Of a stretch of 64,000 bases of DNA, positions 11,055-19,153 are shown piece after piece. Every line of letters starts with the position of its first letter. Position 1 is the stretch's first letter. The translations under genes were made by a program, and so were the position numbers. Origin of the DNA: Verrucomicrobiota bacterium. GTDB lineage: Bacteria > Verrucomicrobiota > Verrucomicrobiia > Limisphaerales > Palsa-1400. The DNA lies in assembly GCA_049510745.1 (NCBI GenBank), contig JBEKYR010000007.1, positions 96,001-160,000 on the forward strand. The letters run 5' to 3'. A model generated the notes under the pieces. The model worked only from the letters and a program-made list of their open reading frames with translations. It had not been told where the DNA came from and did not search any database.

Positions 11055-12299
11055 ATGAGTGATGGCCCAGACGATACACCCAAGCCAGCACCCCAAGGCG
11101 ATGCCGCAGAGGAAGAGGAAGAGGTTATGCCAACCAACCGCAGTCGGGTTCAGCGTATCCGCATCTTTATCGGCAAAGGATTCTCCGCCCTTTTCCTCAA
11201 CAGGCGAAGTAAGCTCCGTGCTGGGATTTGTGGCGGCATTAGCGCATTTTTCATCACTTTCGGCGGCATCATGTTTAAGGTTCATCATACACCTCCGTGG
11301 GTCGCAATCTCGTTAGTCTCGTTTGGAATTCTTTGGCTCGTACCAGGCACCTGGCAATTTTGCGTAAATTATGGTTCCACCAACAAATTTGCGTATATAT
11401 GCTCTAGCTTTGTTCTGGTTCCGGTCATTATTGGAATCGCGTTGGCTTTCTGGTATGAATACCGCCCCGACCGAACCAAGCCGCCAGAGTTTGCAATCGC
11501 AAGCAGTCCGCTTGATTTGTCGGATTTTGGGGGCTTGGCGGCATCACAAGAAGCAGCGGCAAACCGCCGCAAACACATCCTTTCCATTTCAAATCCAAAT
11601 GGCGATGTTGCATTGACGAACATGCTGTTTTTCTTACAATTTCCAGAGTCGATTCTAAGTATAACTGGAGCCGGGTTTACGGCAGTTCCAAATTGGGAAC
11701 CACAACCAATCACGATTACAGGCACTACAAACCCGATATTTGTTGAGCCGTGGAAAACGAATGAACTGACTGGCTTATGGAGCATTTCGATTGACGAAAT
11801 CCGGCCTCTTTCCTCTTTAACTGCAACAATTATCACTTCAATTGGAGCCGAAGGGAATCCGTTTAGTGCTTGGATGACAAATGTAATGACTAACAAGTGG
11901 CCAAAAGTGGTTTGCTGGCATATCCGCACCAGCCAGTCGACAAGCAGTACAACATCGAATGTTAAGGCGGTTATAGCGGCCTTAGCTTTTGATTCATCAA
12001 ATCGGACATTTGCTGTGACATCCCAAAACATCATGGTCCTCGCTTCCCGGAGGGGTGAGGAAACAACGTTCTCTAATTCGCAACCCATTATTTTCATGCG
12101 ATATTGGAAAGGATATAAAGTGCCAGGAATCGGCGCGTCTCGGATTTTGACCGTTGATGGGCCTTGGGTGGGGCAATCAATGGCGTTTGCGGAAGTGATG
12201 ATGCAACGACCGACGAATAATACAACCACGTCTTTTGGGGGCGGAGTGCCATCTATCGACATAAAGCCAGACACAAATGCACCGCCGCCAACCCATTGA
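11055..12299 (+). CDS. Hypothetical membrane protein (about 3 N-terminal TM helices + extracellular beta-rich domain)
   Basis: 414-aa ORF with hydrophobic segments at about aa 55-135; visibly more AT-rich than its flanks. Confidence 0.6.
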   Translation: MSDGPDDTPKPAPQGDAAEEEEEVMPTNRSRVQRIRIFIGKGFSALFLNRRSKLRAGICGGISAFFITFGGIMFKVHHTPPWVAISLVSFGILWLVPGTWQFCVNYGSTNKFAYICSSFVLVPVIIGIALAFWYEYRPDRTKPPEFAIASSPLDLSDFGGLAASQEAAANRRKHILSISNPNGDVALTNMLFFLQFPESILSITGAGFTAVPNWEPQPITITGTTNPIFVEPWKTNELTGLWSISIDEIRPLSSLTATIITSIGAEGNPFSAWMTNVMTNKWPKVVCWHIRTSQSTSSTTSNVKAVIAALAFDSSNRTFAVTSQNIMVLASRRGEETTFSNSQPIIFMRYWKGYKVPGIGASRILTVDGPWVGQSMAFAEVMMQRPTNNTTTSFGGGVPSIDIKPDTNAPPPTH

Positions 12300-12426
12300 A
12301 TAAATCGCCTTTTCGTATGGACGCCATTCATTTCAAAGTAGCCCACTACCGGCCTTTCGGTTTTCTTGGCGCCGGTTTCTGGCTCTTCCTCTTAACGAAC
12401 ACAGAACGCTGGCAAACTGAATCGCT

Positions 12427-14112
12427 TTGGCACAACCTGTTCTCTTGAAGAAATTTTCCATCGAATCCGCGGCGGCGGGGCGATATGGGCTGGCGGTGGT
12501 GGCGGGGTTGCTGACGAGCCTGGGGTTTGCGCCGGCGCAATTGGGCGGCGCAGCCTGGGTTGGTCCCGGCTTGATTTTGTTTTGCGGCCTGGGATGCGGC
12601 GGCGGCCGGGCCTTCCGGGTGGGGTGGGTGGCGGGTCTGGCGCATTTCCTCAGTTCGCTTTACTGGCTGCTGGCGATGCCCTTCGCCTGGCACGGCATTC
12701 CGCTGGCGCCCGCGCTGGCGTGGGTGGCCTTGAGCGCCTATTGCGCCGTGTTTTTCGGGCTTTGGGTCTGGTTTTGCTGGAAGGTTTTCCCGGGCGAAAT
12801 TTCCGCGCCGGAATTGTCCCTGCCCGGCCTCGTGGACCAATTCCTCTCCACCCCGCCATGGAAGCGGGTCGCTTGGGCCATCGTTTGCGCGGCCGGGTGG
12901 ACGGCCCTGGAAGTGGCGCGCGGGCGGGTGCTGGGCGGGTTCCCGTGGAATTTTCTGGCGGCCTCGCAATACCGGCTGACGCCTCTGATCCAAATCGCCT
13001 CGATCACCGGCGTGTGCGGCGTTTCGTTTCTGATGGCGTGGTTTTCTGTTGGCCTGGGCGCGGCCATGCTGGCGTTGGCGCGTTGTCCGTCAACACAAAG
13101 AATCTGGAGTGACGCCGCGTTGCCCTTGCTGGCGGTGGCCGGCGTGGTCAGTTTCGGCATGACCCAGTTTGCGCCCGCGCCCGCCTCCGGCCGGGAAATA
13201 AAAGTGGCCCTGGTGCAACCGAGCATCCCGCAAACGTTGATCTTCGATCCGAAAGAGGATGCCGCGCGTTTTCAGGAGGTCATCGCTCTTTCCGAGCAGG
13301 CTCTGGAAGCGAAGCCGGACCTGCTGCTCTGGCCGGAGTCGGCTGTTCCGAATCTCGGCGCGGAATGCCAGCAAGGCATCGCCCGCCTGCTGGGCCGCCA
13401 TCCGCTCTGGCTGATCTTTTGCGCCGACTCCAATGAACCGCTGCCCTCAGGGGCCAACGCCGATTTCAACAGCAGTTTCCTGGTCGATCCGGCGGGGGCG
13501 ATCCGGGCGATTTATCACAAACGCCGGCTGGTTATTTTTGGCGAATATATTCCCCTGGTCCGGTGGCTGCCCTTTCTCAGATGGCTGACGCCGATTGGCG
13601 ACGGTTTTACGCCGGGAGATCGCCCCGTCCCGTTCGAGATGACGCATCCCGATGCCAGGTGTTCGGTGCTGATCTGTTTCGAGGACATCTTTCCGCAAGA
13701 GGCCCGCGAACACGCGGGGCCGGACATTGACTTCTTGATCAACCTGACCAATGACGGGTGGTTCGGCAACGGCCCCGAACAACTGCAGCAGGCCGCCGGC
13801 GCGGTCTTTCGGGCGGTCGAGAACGGGATGCCGCTGCTGCGCTGCACCAACAACGGCCTGACCTGCTGGGTGGATGCGCAAGGGCGGTTGCGGCGGATCC
13901 AAGAGGCGGGCGGGAACATTTACGGCCCGGGTTTCATCACGCCCACGATCCCCTTGCCCCCGCCGGGCGGGCATCGCCGGACATTTTACAATCGTTATGG
14001 AGATTGGTTCGGCTGGAGCTGCTGCGGCCTGAGCGTTTGCGCCCTGATGCTGCCGCGGGGGCGCAGGCCATCCTCCGGCGCCGTGTCCACTGACTCGCAG
14101 GACAGTGCCTAA
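12427..14112 (+). CDS. lnt: Apolipoprotein N-acyltransferase
   Basis: GGFPW, LWPES, YHKRRLVIFGEY, LICFED, TNDGWFG, RAVENG (nitrilase E-K-C triad). Confidence 0.93.
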   Translation: MAQPVLLKKFSIESAAAGRYGLAVVAGLLTSLGFAPAQLGGAAWVGPGLILFCGLGCGGGRAFRVGWVAGLAHFLSSLYWLLAMPFAWHGIPLAPALAWVALSAYCAVFFGLWVWFCWKVFPGEISAPELSLPGLVDQFLSTPPWKRVAWAIVCAAGWTALEVARGRVLGGFPWNFLAASQYRLTPLIQIASITGVCGVSFLMAWFSVGLGAAMLALARCPSTQRIWSDAALPLLAVAGVVSFGMTQFAPAPASGREIKVALVQPSIPQTLIFDPKEDAARFQEVIALSEQALEAKPDLLLWPESAVPNLGAECQQGIARLLGRHPLWLIFCADSNEPLPSGANADFNSSFLVDPAGAIRAIYHKRRLVIFGEYIPLVRWLPFLRWLTPIGDGFTPGDRPVPFEMTHPDARCSVLICFEDIFPQEAREHAGPDIDFLINLTNDGWFGNGPEQLQQAAGAVFRAVENGMPLLRCTNNGLTCWVDAQGRLRRIQEAGGNIYGPGFITPTIPLPPPGGHRRTFYNRYGDWFGWSCCGLSVCALMLPRGRRPSSGAVSTDSQDSA

Positions 14113-14196
14113 AAAGCGAGACATCCGTTCAGGGCTGTTTTTGCAAGTGCCTCATACTAAGCTGCTTAAAGAATCCGCAAAACCGGCCATTTCCGC

Positions 14197-14212
14197 TGGT
14201 ACGAGGTATGCT
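14197..14212 (+). promoter_or_regulatory. Putative sigma54 (-24/-12) promoter
   Basis: TGGTACGAGGTATGCT matches TGGCACG-N4-TTGCT, with exact GG-N10-GC spacing. Confidence 0.55.
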
Positions 14213-14223
14213 TTAAGAAAAGC

Positions 14224-14352
14224 ATGGATACTGGAATGCGCGTCTTATTTTATATCCGTTACTATTTGGTTCCGCCCGCTTCGTTTGGGTTGTTCGTGTT
14301 GGCGGAAGGTGTCTTTCTTTACGGGCTGTATCGCGCCATCCTGGGCCATTGA
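14224..14352 (+). CDS. Small hydrophobic membrane protein (38-42 aa), not in the ORF track
   Basis: MDTGMRVLFYIRYYLVPPASFGLFVLAEGVFLYGLYRAILGH*; in-frame ATGs at 14224 and 14236, directly behind the sigma54 motif. Confidence 0.5.
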   Translation: MDTGMRVLFYIRYYLVPPASFGLFVLAEGVFLYGLYRAILGH

Positions 14353-14449
14353 CCGGGGGCCTGGGGAAGCAATACACGGCCGGGAACCCGCGTGATCGGG
14401 GCAATGCTCGATCTGCGCCGGGGGATTGCTCCAAACGGCAGCGCCAGTC

Positions 14450-14980
14450 TCAGAACTGGTCTTCCTTCTCTTTGAACAAAATGTTGAACGTCGTCATCGA
14501 GCCGTAGCAGCGCGAGATGTATTGCTGCATCTCGATCTTCTCGGCGTCCGACAATTGCGGGTGGCTGTTGATCTTCTGCTCCAACACCCGCAGGTTGTTG
14601 CGCATCATGACAATTTTGTGGAAAAAAACCTCCAGCGGCACTTCCTTGCTTTGCAGCGAAGCGTCCGCCGGACGCAAGACGAGCGTTCCGTTCTGCCAGC
14701 GGACGGCCAGCTTCCCGACGATGGTATCGTCCCGCTCCAGCCCCAGCTCCTTGAGCATGACGCCGACCGTTTCCGCGATCAACGTGGACAGCGGCGCCGT
14801 CAGGCCGCTGATCTCGGCCTGCGCCTCTGCCGGCTTCAAATCGCTGTGCTCGGGCGCGAGCGTGCGCAGACCGGAGTCGAACCGGATGTCGGCCAGGTGT
14901 TCGGAAACGCTCTTGACCGTTCCCACGCCGTAATCCGGGTGATGGACCATCATCCCGACGTGCATCGATTGAAGTCTCAT
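14450..14980 (-). CDS. Conserved hypothetical protein
   Basis: HPDYGVGTV SH3-like N-terminus; FFHKIVMMRNNLRVLEQKIN..QQYISRCYGSMTTFNILF. Confidence 0.75.
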   Translation of the reverse strand: MRLQSMHVGMMVHHPDYGVGTVKSVSEHLADIRFDSGLRTLAPEHSDLKPAEAQAEISGLTAPLSTLIAETVGVMLKELGLERDDTIVGKLAVRWQNGTLVLRPADASLQSKEVPLEVFFHKIVMMRNNLRVLEQKINSHPQLSDAEKIEMQQYISRCYGSMTTFNILFKEKEDQF

Positions 14981-15081
14981 AGCGTGACAAAAAATCGTTC
15001 TTCCGTCTGATTGAAATGGGAGAAAAGTTTAAAAACGCCGGGCCATTTGCGCAAGCGCCTTTTGCCGGGCGGAACTTTTTT

Positions 15082-16455
15082 CTACTTCTCCACTATCTCC
15101 ATATCCTCGCCCAGGGCGCGTCGCAGCCGGGCGCGGGCCGCCGCGTAATCGTGCAGGGCCTGCGCCTGCGTCGTGCGCGCCTGGGTCAGCGCGGTCTGCG
15201 CGTTGAGCACGTCCAACTGCGTCGCGTTGCCCGCGGCGTGGCGCGCCTCGGCCAGGCGCAAGGCTTCCTGCGCCTGTTCCCGCACCAGCTTTTGCGATTC
15301 GAGCACCTCCCGCGCCTCGATAAAACTGGAATAGGCCGTGCGCACGTCCAGTTCGATCTGGCGCTGGCTTTCCTCAACATCCAGTTTCGCCCGCTCGTAA
15401 CGGGCCTGCGCTTCGCTGACTTTCCCGCGCGTGAGTTGCCCGTCAAAAATGTTCCAGCTCACTTGCGCCCCGGCGATCCATCCCGACAAGTCGGCGCTCA
15501 AATTGTTCTCGTACGGCGGGCTTTGCCACTGGTAACCGCCGAAGAGTGCCGCGCTCGGTTTGTAACCGGCGCGGGCGTTGGCCAGGTCCTCCCGGCGCAG
15601 GGCCTCCGTCTTGCGCAACGCGGCCAGTTCGAGCCGTTTTTCCAGCGCGCGGGGCAGCGCGGAAGGCAAATCGATCTCATACGGCTGCGCCTCCAGCGTG
15701 TCGCTCAAGGTCAGCGGCACATCCTCCGAAATGGTGTGGGGCAGGGTGACGCCCAGGAGATAAAGCAGGTTGTGTTTGCCCAGGCGATAATCGTTGCGCG
15801 CCTGGATCAAGCGCGGACGCTCATTGCCCAGCTCGACTTGCGCGCGCAGCACGTCAAACTGCGGCACGTTCCCCGCCTCGAAGCGCCGCTGCGTGTCCTC
15901 CAATTCGCGCGTCAACAATTCAACCGACGCCTCGTTGACCTCGATTTGCTGCGCCGCCACCAGCACGTCGTCGTAGGCCAGGCGCACGGCCAGGAGCGTG
16001 TCGGCCAGGACGGTTTGATAATTGAGAAGGGCCTGTTGGCGGGTCAGTTTGGCCGAGCGGAAGGCGGAGGTGAGCCGGCCCCCTTCATAAATGGACTGCT
16101 GCACCTTGATCTCGGCGGACCAGTTCTGATTGGGGAACTGGATGTAACTGCTCAACGGCGGCGGCAGGGGAAAGCTCTCGATGAGCGAAGGGTCCTCGGC
16201 GTTATAGGCGCCGCCGGCCGAGAATTTTGGCCAGGCGATGGCGCGCAACTGAATCTCGATGCCGTAAGAGGCCCGCAAGTCGGCCTGGCCTTTGAGAATG
16301 GCGCTGTTTTGGCGCAGGGCGATTTCCACCGCCCCGGCGCGGGAGAGGGGATGGGAAAGAATGTTTGACGCACCCGTTTGATTGGTTTGCGCGCGCGCGG
16401 TCCAAGTCATCCAGCCCGCCAGGAGACCGGCCGCCAGGGAAGATATTCGCATCAT
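15082..16455 (-). CDS. TolC-family outer membrane efflux protein
   Basis: Signal peptide, two OEP repeats (RFEAGNVPQFDVLRAQ; RHAAGNATQLDVLNAQ); start trimmed to MMRISS. Confidence 0.9.
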   Translation of the reverse strand: MMRISSLAAGLLAGWMTWTARAQTNQTGASNILSHPLSRAGAVEIALRQNSAILKGQADLRASYGIEIQLRAIAWPKFSAGGAYNAEDPSLIESFPLPPPLSSYIQFPNQNWSAEIKVQQSIYEGGRLTSAFRSAKLTRQQALLNYQTVLADTLLAVRLAYDDVLVAAQQIEVNEASVELLTRELEDTQRRFEAGNVPQFDVLRAQVELGNERPRLIQARNDYRLGKHNLLYLLGVTLPHTISEDVPLTLSDTLEAQPYEIDLPSALPRALEKRLELAALRKTEALRREDLANARAGYKPSAALFGGYQWQSPPYENNLSADLSGWIAGAQVSWNIFDGQLTRGKVSEAQARYERAKLDVEESQRQIELDVRTAYSSFIEAREVLESQKLVREQAQEALRLAEARHAAGNATQLDVLNAQTALTQARTTQAQALHDYAAARARLRRALGEDMEIVEK

Positions 16456-16629
16456 ATTGACTTCACTCAACCCGGAAACCCCGCCGCCAACATTTGGAAG
16501 AACGGCCCGATTGTCAACGCTCTTTCGCCGCATTCGCGATAGTGCGGCTGCTTCGGCTTCATGTGTCTGAGAGGGAGTGCGACGTATATGCTGTCGAAAG
16601 CAGGGCAGCGCATTTGATACAAAGTCCAT

Positions 16630-16881
16630 GTGCCGAAACGAGACGCAAACGACATCAAACGACTGATTGGCGATCGGGTTCGGCGACTGCGGATTGAGCG
16701 TGGCATAAGTTCGCAGGAAAAGCTGGGGGAAATTGCGAACGATCTGCACCGCACGTTTATCGGCCGGGTGGAACGCGGCGAAACTAACATCAGCATTGAG
16801 AATCTGGACGCGATTGCCAAGGCGCTCGATGTCTCGTTGGCGGAGTTTTTCGAGCCATTTCAGAATAAAGGAGGGAGGTAA
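16630..16881 (+). CDS. XRE-family HTH controller (C) protein of an R-M system
   Basis: RRLR..SQEKL..LHRTFIGRVERGETNISIENL; directly upstream of and co-oriented with the endonuclease. Confidence 0.8.
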   Translation: MPKRDANDIKRLIGDRVRRLRIERGISSQEKLGEIANDLHRTFIGRVERGETNISIENLDAIAKALDVSLAEFFEPFQNKGGR

Positions 16882-16887
16882 TTCGGC

Positions 16888-17514
16888 ATGGCCAACCCGG
16901 AGCCGCAACTCGAGGCGGTTTTATCCAGAATTCGGAATCCGCGGAATTGGGCGGACGTTAAGACCATTTTTCAAGTCATCCAGAGCAACCCAAGTCTGCG
17001 CGGGTTTGTTTACGGCTACGTCGCGGAAATGGAATTTGAACGCCATTATCTTAAGGCCCGGAAGGGTATTGAGGGATTCTCCAAAGACGACGACCACCAC
17101 AAGACAAAGTCGGATCGGACGGTGACTTTCAAAGGCAAGCCGATTTCGATCCAAGTGAAGTCCGTCCAAACGAACAGTATCCGGTTTGACGGGGGCCGCT
17201 TTATGGCCAGAGTTCAGAACGACGCGAGCGACCGTCGTCGGGTGACATTGCCCAATCAGACGAAGGTGGAAACGACCTGTTATGTCGTCGGAGAATATGA
17301 CATTCTGGCTGTAAGTTTGCAGCCGTTCACCGGGAAATGGAGGTTTGCGTTCAAGGAGAACTCGAAATTACAACGAACCACCTCCGGGAAATACACGGCT
17401 GAACAACAGAGGTATTTGCTCGCCACTTTGGAAACCATTCACTTTCCGCTGGATGCTTCGTGGACGGAGGACTTTGACGCCATCCTCGAAGTCGTCCACC
17501 GCCAGAAACATTAG
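16888..17514 (+). CDS. Putative type II restriction endonuclease (PD-(D/E)xK-like, D...QxK)
   Basis: Strong RBS GGAGGGAGG; GYVAE..KSDRTVTFKGKPISIQVKS; lies between the C gene and a convergent MTase. Confidence 0.7.
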   Translation: MANPEPQLEAVLSRIRNPRNWADVKTIFQVIQSNPSLRGFVYGYVAEMEFERHYLKARKGIEGFSKDDDHHKTKSDRTVTFKGKPISIQVKSVQTNSIRFDGGRFMARVQNDASDRRRVTLPNQTKVETTCYVVGEYDILAVSLQPFTGKWRFAFKENSKLQRTTSGKYTAEQQRYLLATLETIHFPLDASWTEDFDAILEVVHRQKH

Positions 17515-18806
17515 GGCGACTTTTTCGCGCGGAAAGGCGCGCCTTTCTCCATCAATAGCAGTTGCTCGCCATTGGCGGAATAATTGCCCCAGTCCACCCG
17601 AAATGAATTCGTTGTGACCGCGCCTTTTCTCAATACCAGTATGCGGTCAATCAGAACCGACGACCGCTCGCCGTGTTCGGCGGCGTCATACTCCCATTTG
17701 AGCGAGTTGAAGACGAGCATGGGGCGGTTGTGGAGTTTGTAAGTGTCATTAATAATGCCCTCGATGTCAAAACCCTCTTTTTGCGCTTCCTCCGCGATGA
17801 GCAACGCGGAGTTGATGACTTTGACCGCGCCGTTGGCGCGGGTTTTCTTCACGTCGCCGACCACGATAACGAACGCGGAGTCCGGCTTCATGATGCGAAA
17901 CATTTCCCGGCAGACGTCGCGCATGAATTCGCGGTACGTATTTTCCAAGCCCGAACGCATGAGTTTCTTTTGCTCTTCGCGCCGCTTGTCGCCCAGCCAC
18001 CAAACACGCAGCCAGTTGTTCCACGAATAGTCCAGAACGCTTAGATAGGGCGGCGAAGTAAGAACAAAGTCCACACTCTCGTCCGGCAGCGGCACGGAGC
18101 GGGCGTCGCCCCTGAAAATCGCTCCTTTTCTGTCCGGAATCCCGGCACAGAGGCTGCGTTGCGCCTTGTTCATGGCACACTCGTAAACACCCCGCTCCGG
18201 CTTGACGAGTCCGTGTTCTTTGACGTAACGCTCCACATAGCCCGGCGTCGAGGACACGGTGTCCTTCATGCTCAACGAGAGAAACATATTCGACGGGCCA
18301 TGCAGAATCCCGCAAACCACTCCTTTCAGGAAGACGGCCTCGTCTGAATCGTCTTCCATCAGCACTGCCCGCAAGCGCAGGATTTCATCGAGCGTCTTCT
18401 CGGAATAAAAGATCAGCAGGTTCGGATCGTCCAACAATGCCAACCGCTTCGGTTGGCCGTCAGCCTCCCTCAACTTCTTTTTCAAATAACATTCGAACTC
18501 GCGCAACTCCATCGGCCGCGTTTTCGCCCGGGAAAGCGTATAGGCATAACCAAAGGCGTCGCTGGCGCTCGCCCGCCGATTCGAGAGCAGGGCCTCCAGC
18601 GGAGTTGTCCCTCCGCCGGAAAAAGGGTCGAACACCGTTTGTCCCGGAAGCGAATACTGCTGAATGAAAAAATGCGCCAGACTCGGGGGATATTGGCCAA
18701 TGTATTGCGAAAGCTTGTGCAAAGGATGCCCCCAGCCACGCGGAGCCGCCTTCCAAGTTGAAGGCAGTTGCGAACTGTCAATAAACTTTATCTCCCCGGT
18801 CAGCAT
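17511..18806 (-). CDS. DNA amino-methyltransferase, alpha-type motif order, probably N4-cytosine
   Basis: Motif I FDPFSGGGTT near the N-terminus, motif IV LTSPPY downstream; alternative GTG start at 18827. Confidence 0.85.
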   Translation of the reverse strand: MLTGEIKFIDSSQLPSTWKAAPRGWGHPLHKLSQYIGQYPPSLAHFFIQQYSLPGQTVFDPFSGGGTTPLEALLSNRRASASDAFGYAYTLSRAKTRPMELREFECYLKKKLREADGQPKRLALLDDPNLLIFYSEKTLDEILRLRAVLMEDDSDEAVFLKGVVCGILHGPSNMFLSLSMKDTVSSTPGYVERYVKEHGLVKPERGVYECAMNKAQRSLCAGIPDRKGAIFRGDARSVPLPDESVDFVLTSPPYLSVLDYSWNNWLRVWWLGDKRREEQKKLMRSGLENTYREFMRDVCREMFRIMKPDSAFVIVVGDVKKTRANGAVKVINSALLIAEEAQKEGFDIEGIINDTYKLHNRPMLVFNSLKWEYDAAEHGERSSVLIDRILVLRKGAVTTNSFRVDWGNYSANGEQLLLMEKGAPFRAKKSP

Positions 18807-18836
18807 CGCATCATTTACGTAGCACAAGTCTGACGA

Positions 18837-18864
18837 ATTCTATTTAGGCCGATGGGGGTGTCAA
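18837..18864 (-). promoter_or_regulatory. sigma70-type promoter of the MTase
   Basis: Minus strand TTGACA-16 bp-TAGAAT. Confidence 0.65.
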
Positions 18865-18914
18865 GCGGCAACTTCGGTGATTTCGATTTTCGCCGGATTT
18901 TCGTTGAATGGCGC

Positions 18915-18943
18915 TTGACGCGGGCGGCCGTTGAGGGCATTGT
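18915..18943 (+). promoter_or_regulatory. Putative sigma70 promoter for the MFS leader
   Basis: TTGACG-17 bp-CATTGT. Confidence 0.45.
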
Positions 18944-18955
18944 TCCGCGCAAGAA

Positions 18956-19090
18956 ATGCGACTGACGGGAACAATTTATTTTGGCAAGCGCGCAGGCTGG
19001 AGCCTGGGGATGGCCCGGCGCGTCTCCCGTCCCGCCCGGCAGACGGCCCCTAAAGTCAATCACCCCGGCCAGCAGGAGGAACCAGCCTAG
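18956..19090 (+). CDS. Putative 44-aa leader peptide (uORF) of an attenuator
   Basis: MRLTGTIYFGKRAGWSLGMARRVSRPARQTAPKVNHPGQQEEPA*; overlaps the antiterminator strand. Confidence 0.45.
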   Translation: MRLTGTIYFGKRAGWSLGMARRVSRPARQTAPKVNHPGQQEEPA

Positions 19091-19115
19091 CGCCAACCGT
19101 CCAAGGATTTTTCCA

Positions 19116-19150
19116 GCCTGCTTGCCGAAAGGCCGGCGGGCTTTTTTTTT
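19116..19150 (+). terminator. Intrinsic terminator in the 5' leader of the MFS gene (attenuator)
   Basis: GCCTGCTTGCC-GAAA-GGCCGGCGGGC followed by T9, ending 3 nt before ATG 19154. Confidence 0.8.
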
Positions 19151-19153
19151 GCC

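Noticed and set aside
15082..16908. 608-aa version of TolC
   Set aside because: The N-terminal extension is the antisense of the C-protein gene; the signal peptide starts at 16455
16888..17514. Naming the endonuclease or its recognition site
   Set aside because: Cannot be supported without a REBASE search or methylome data
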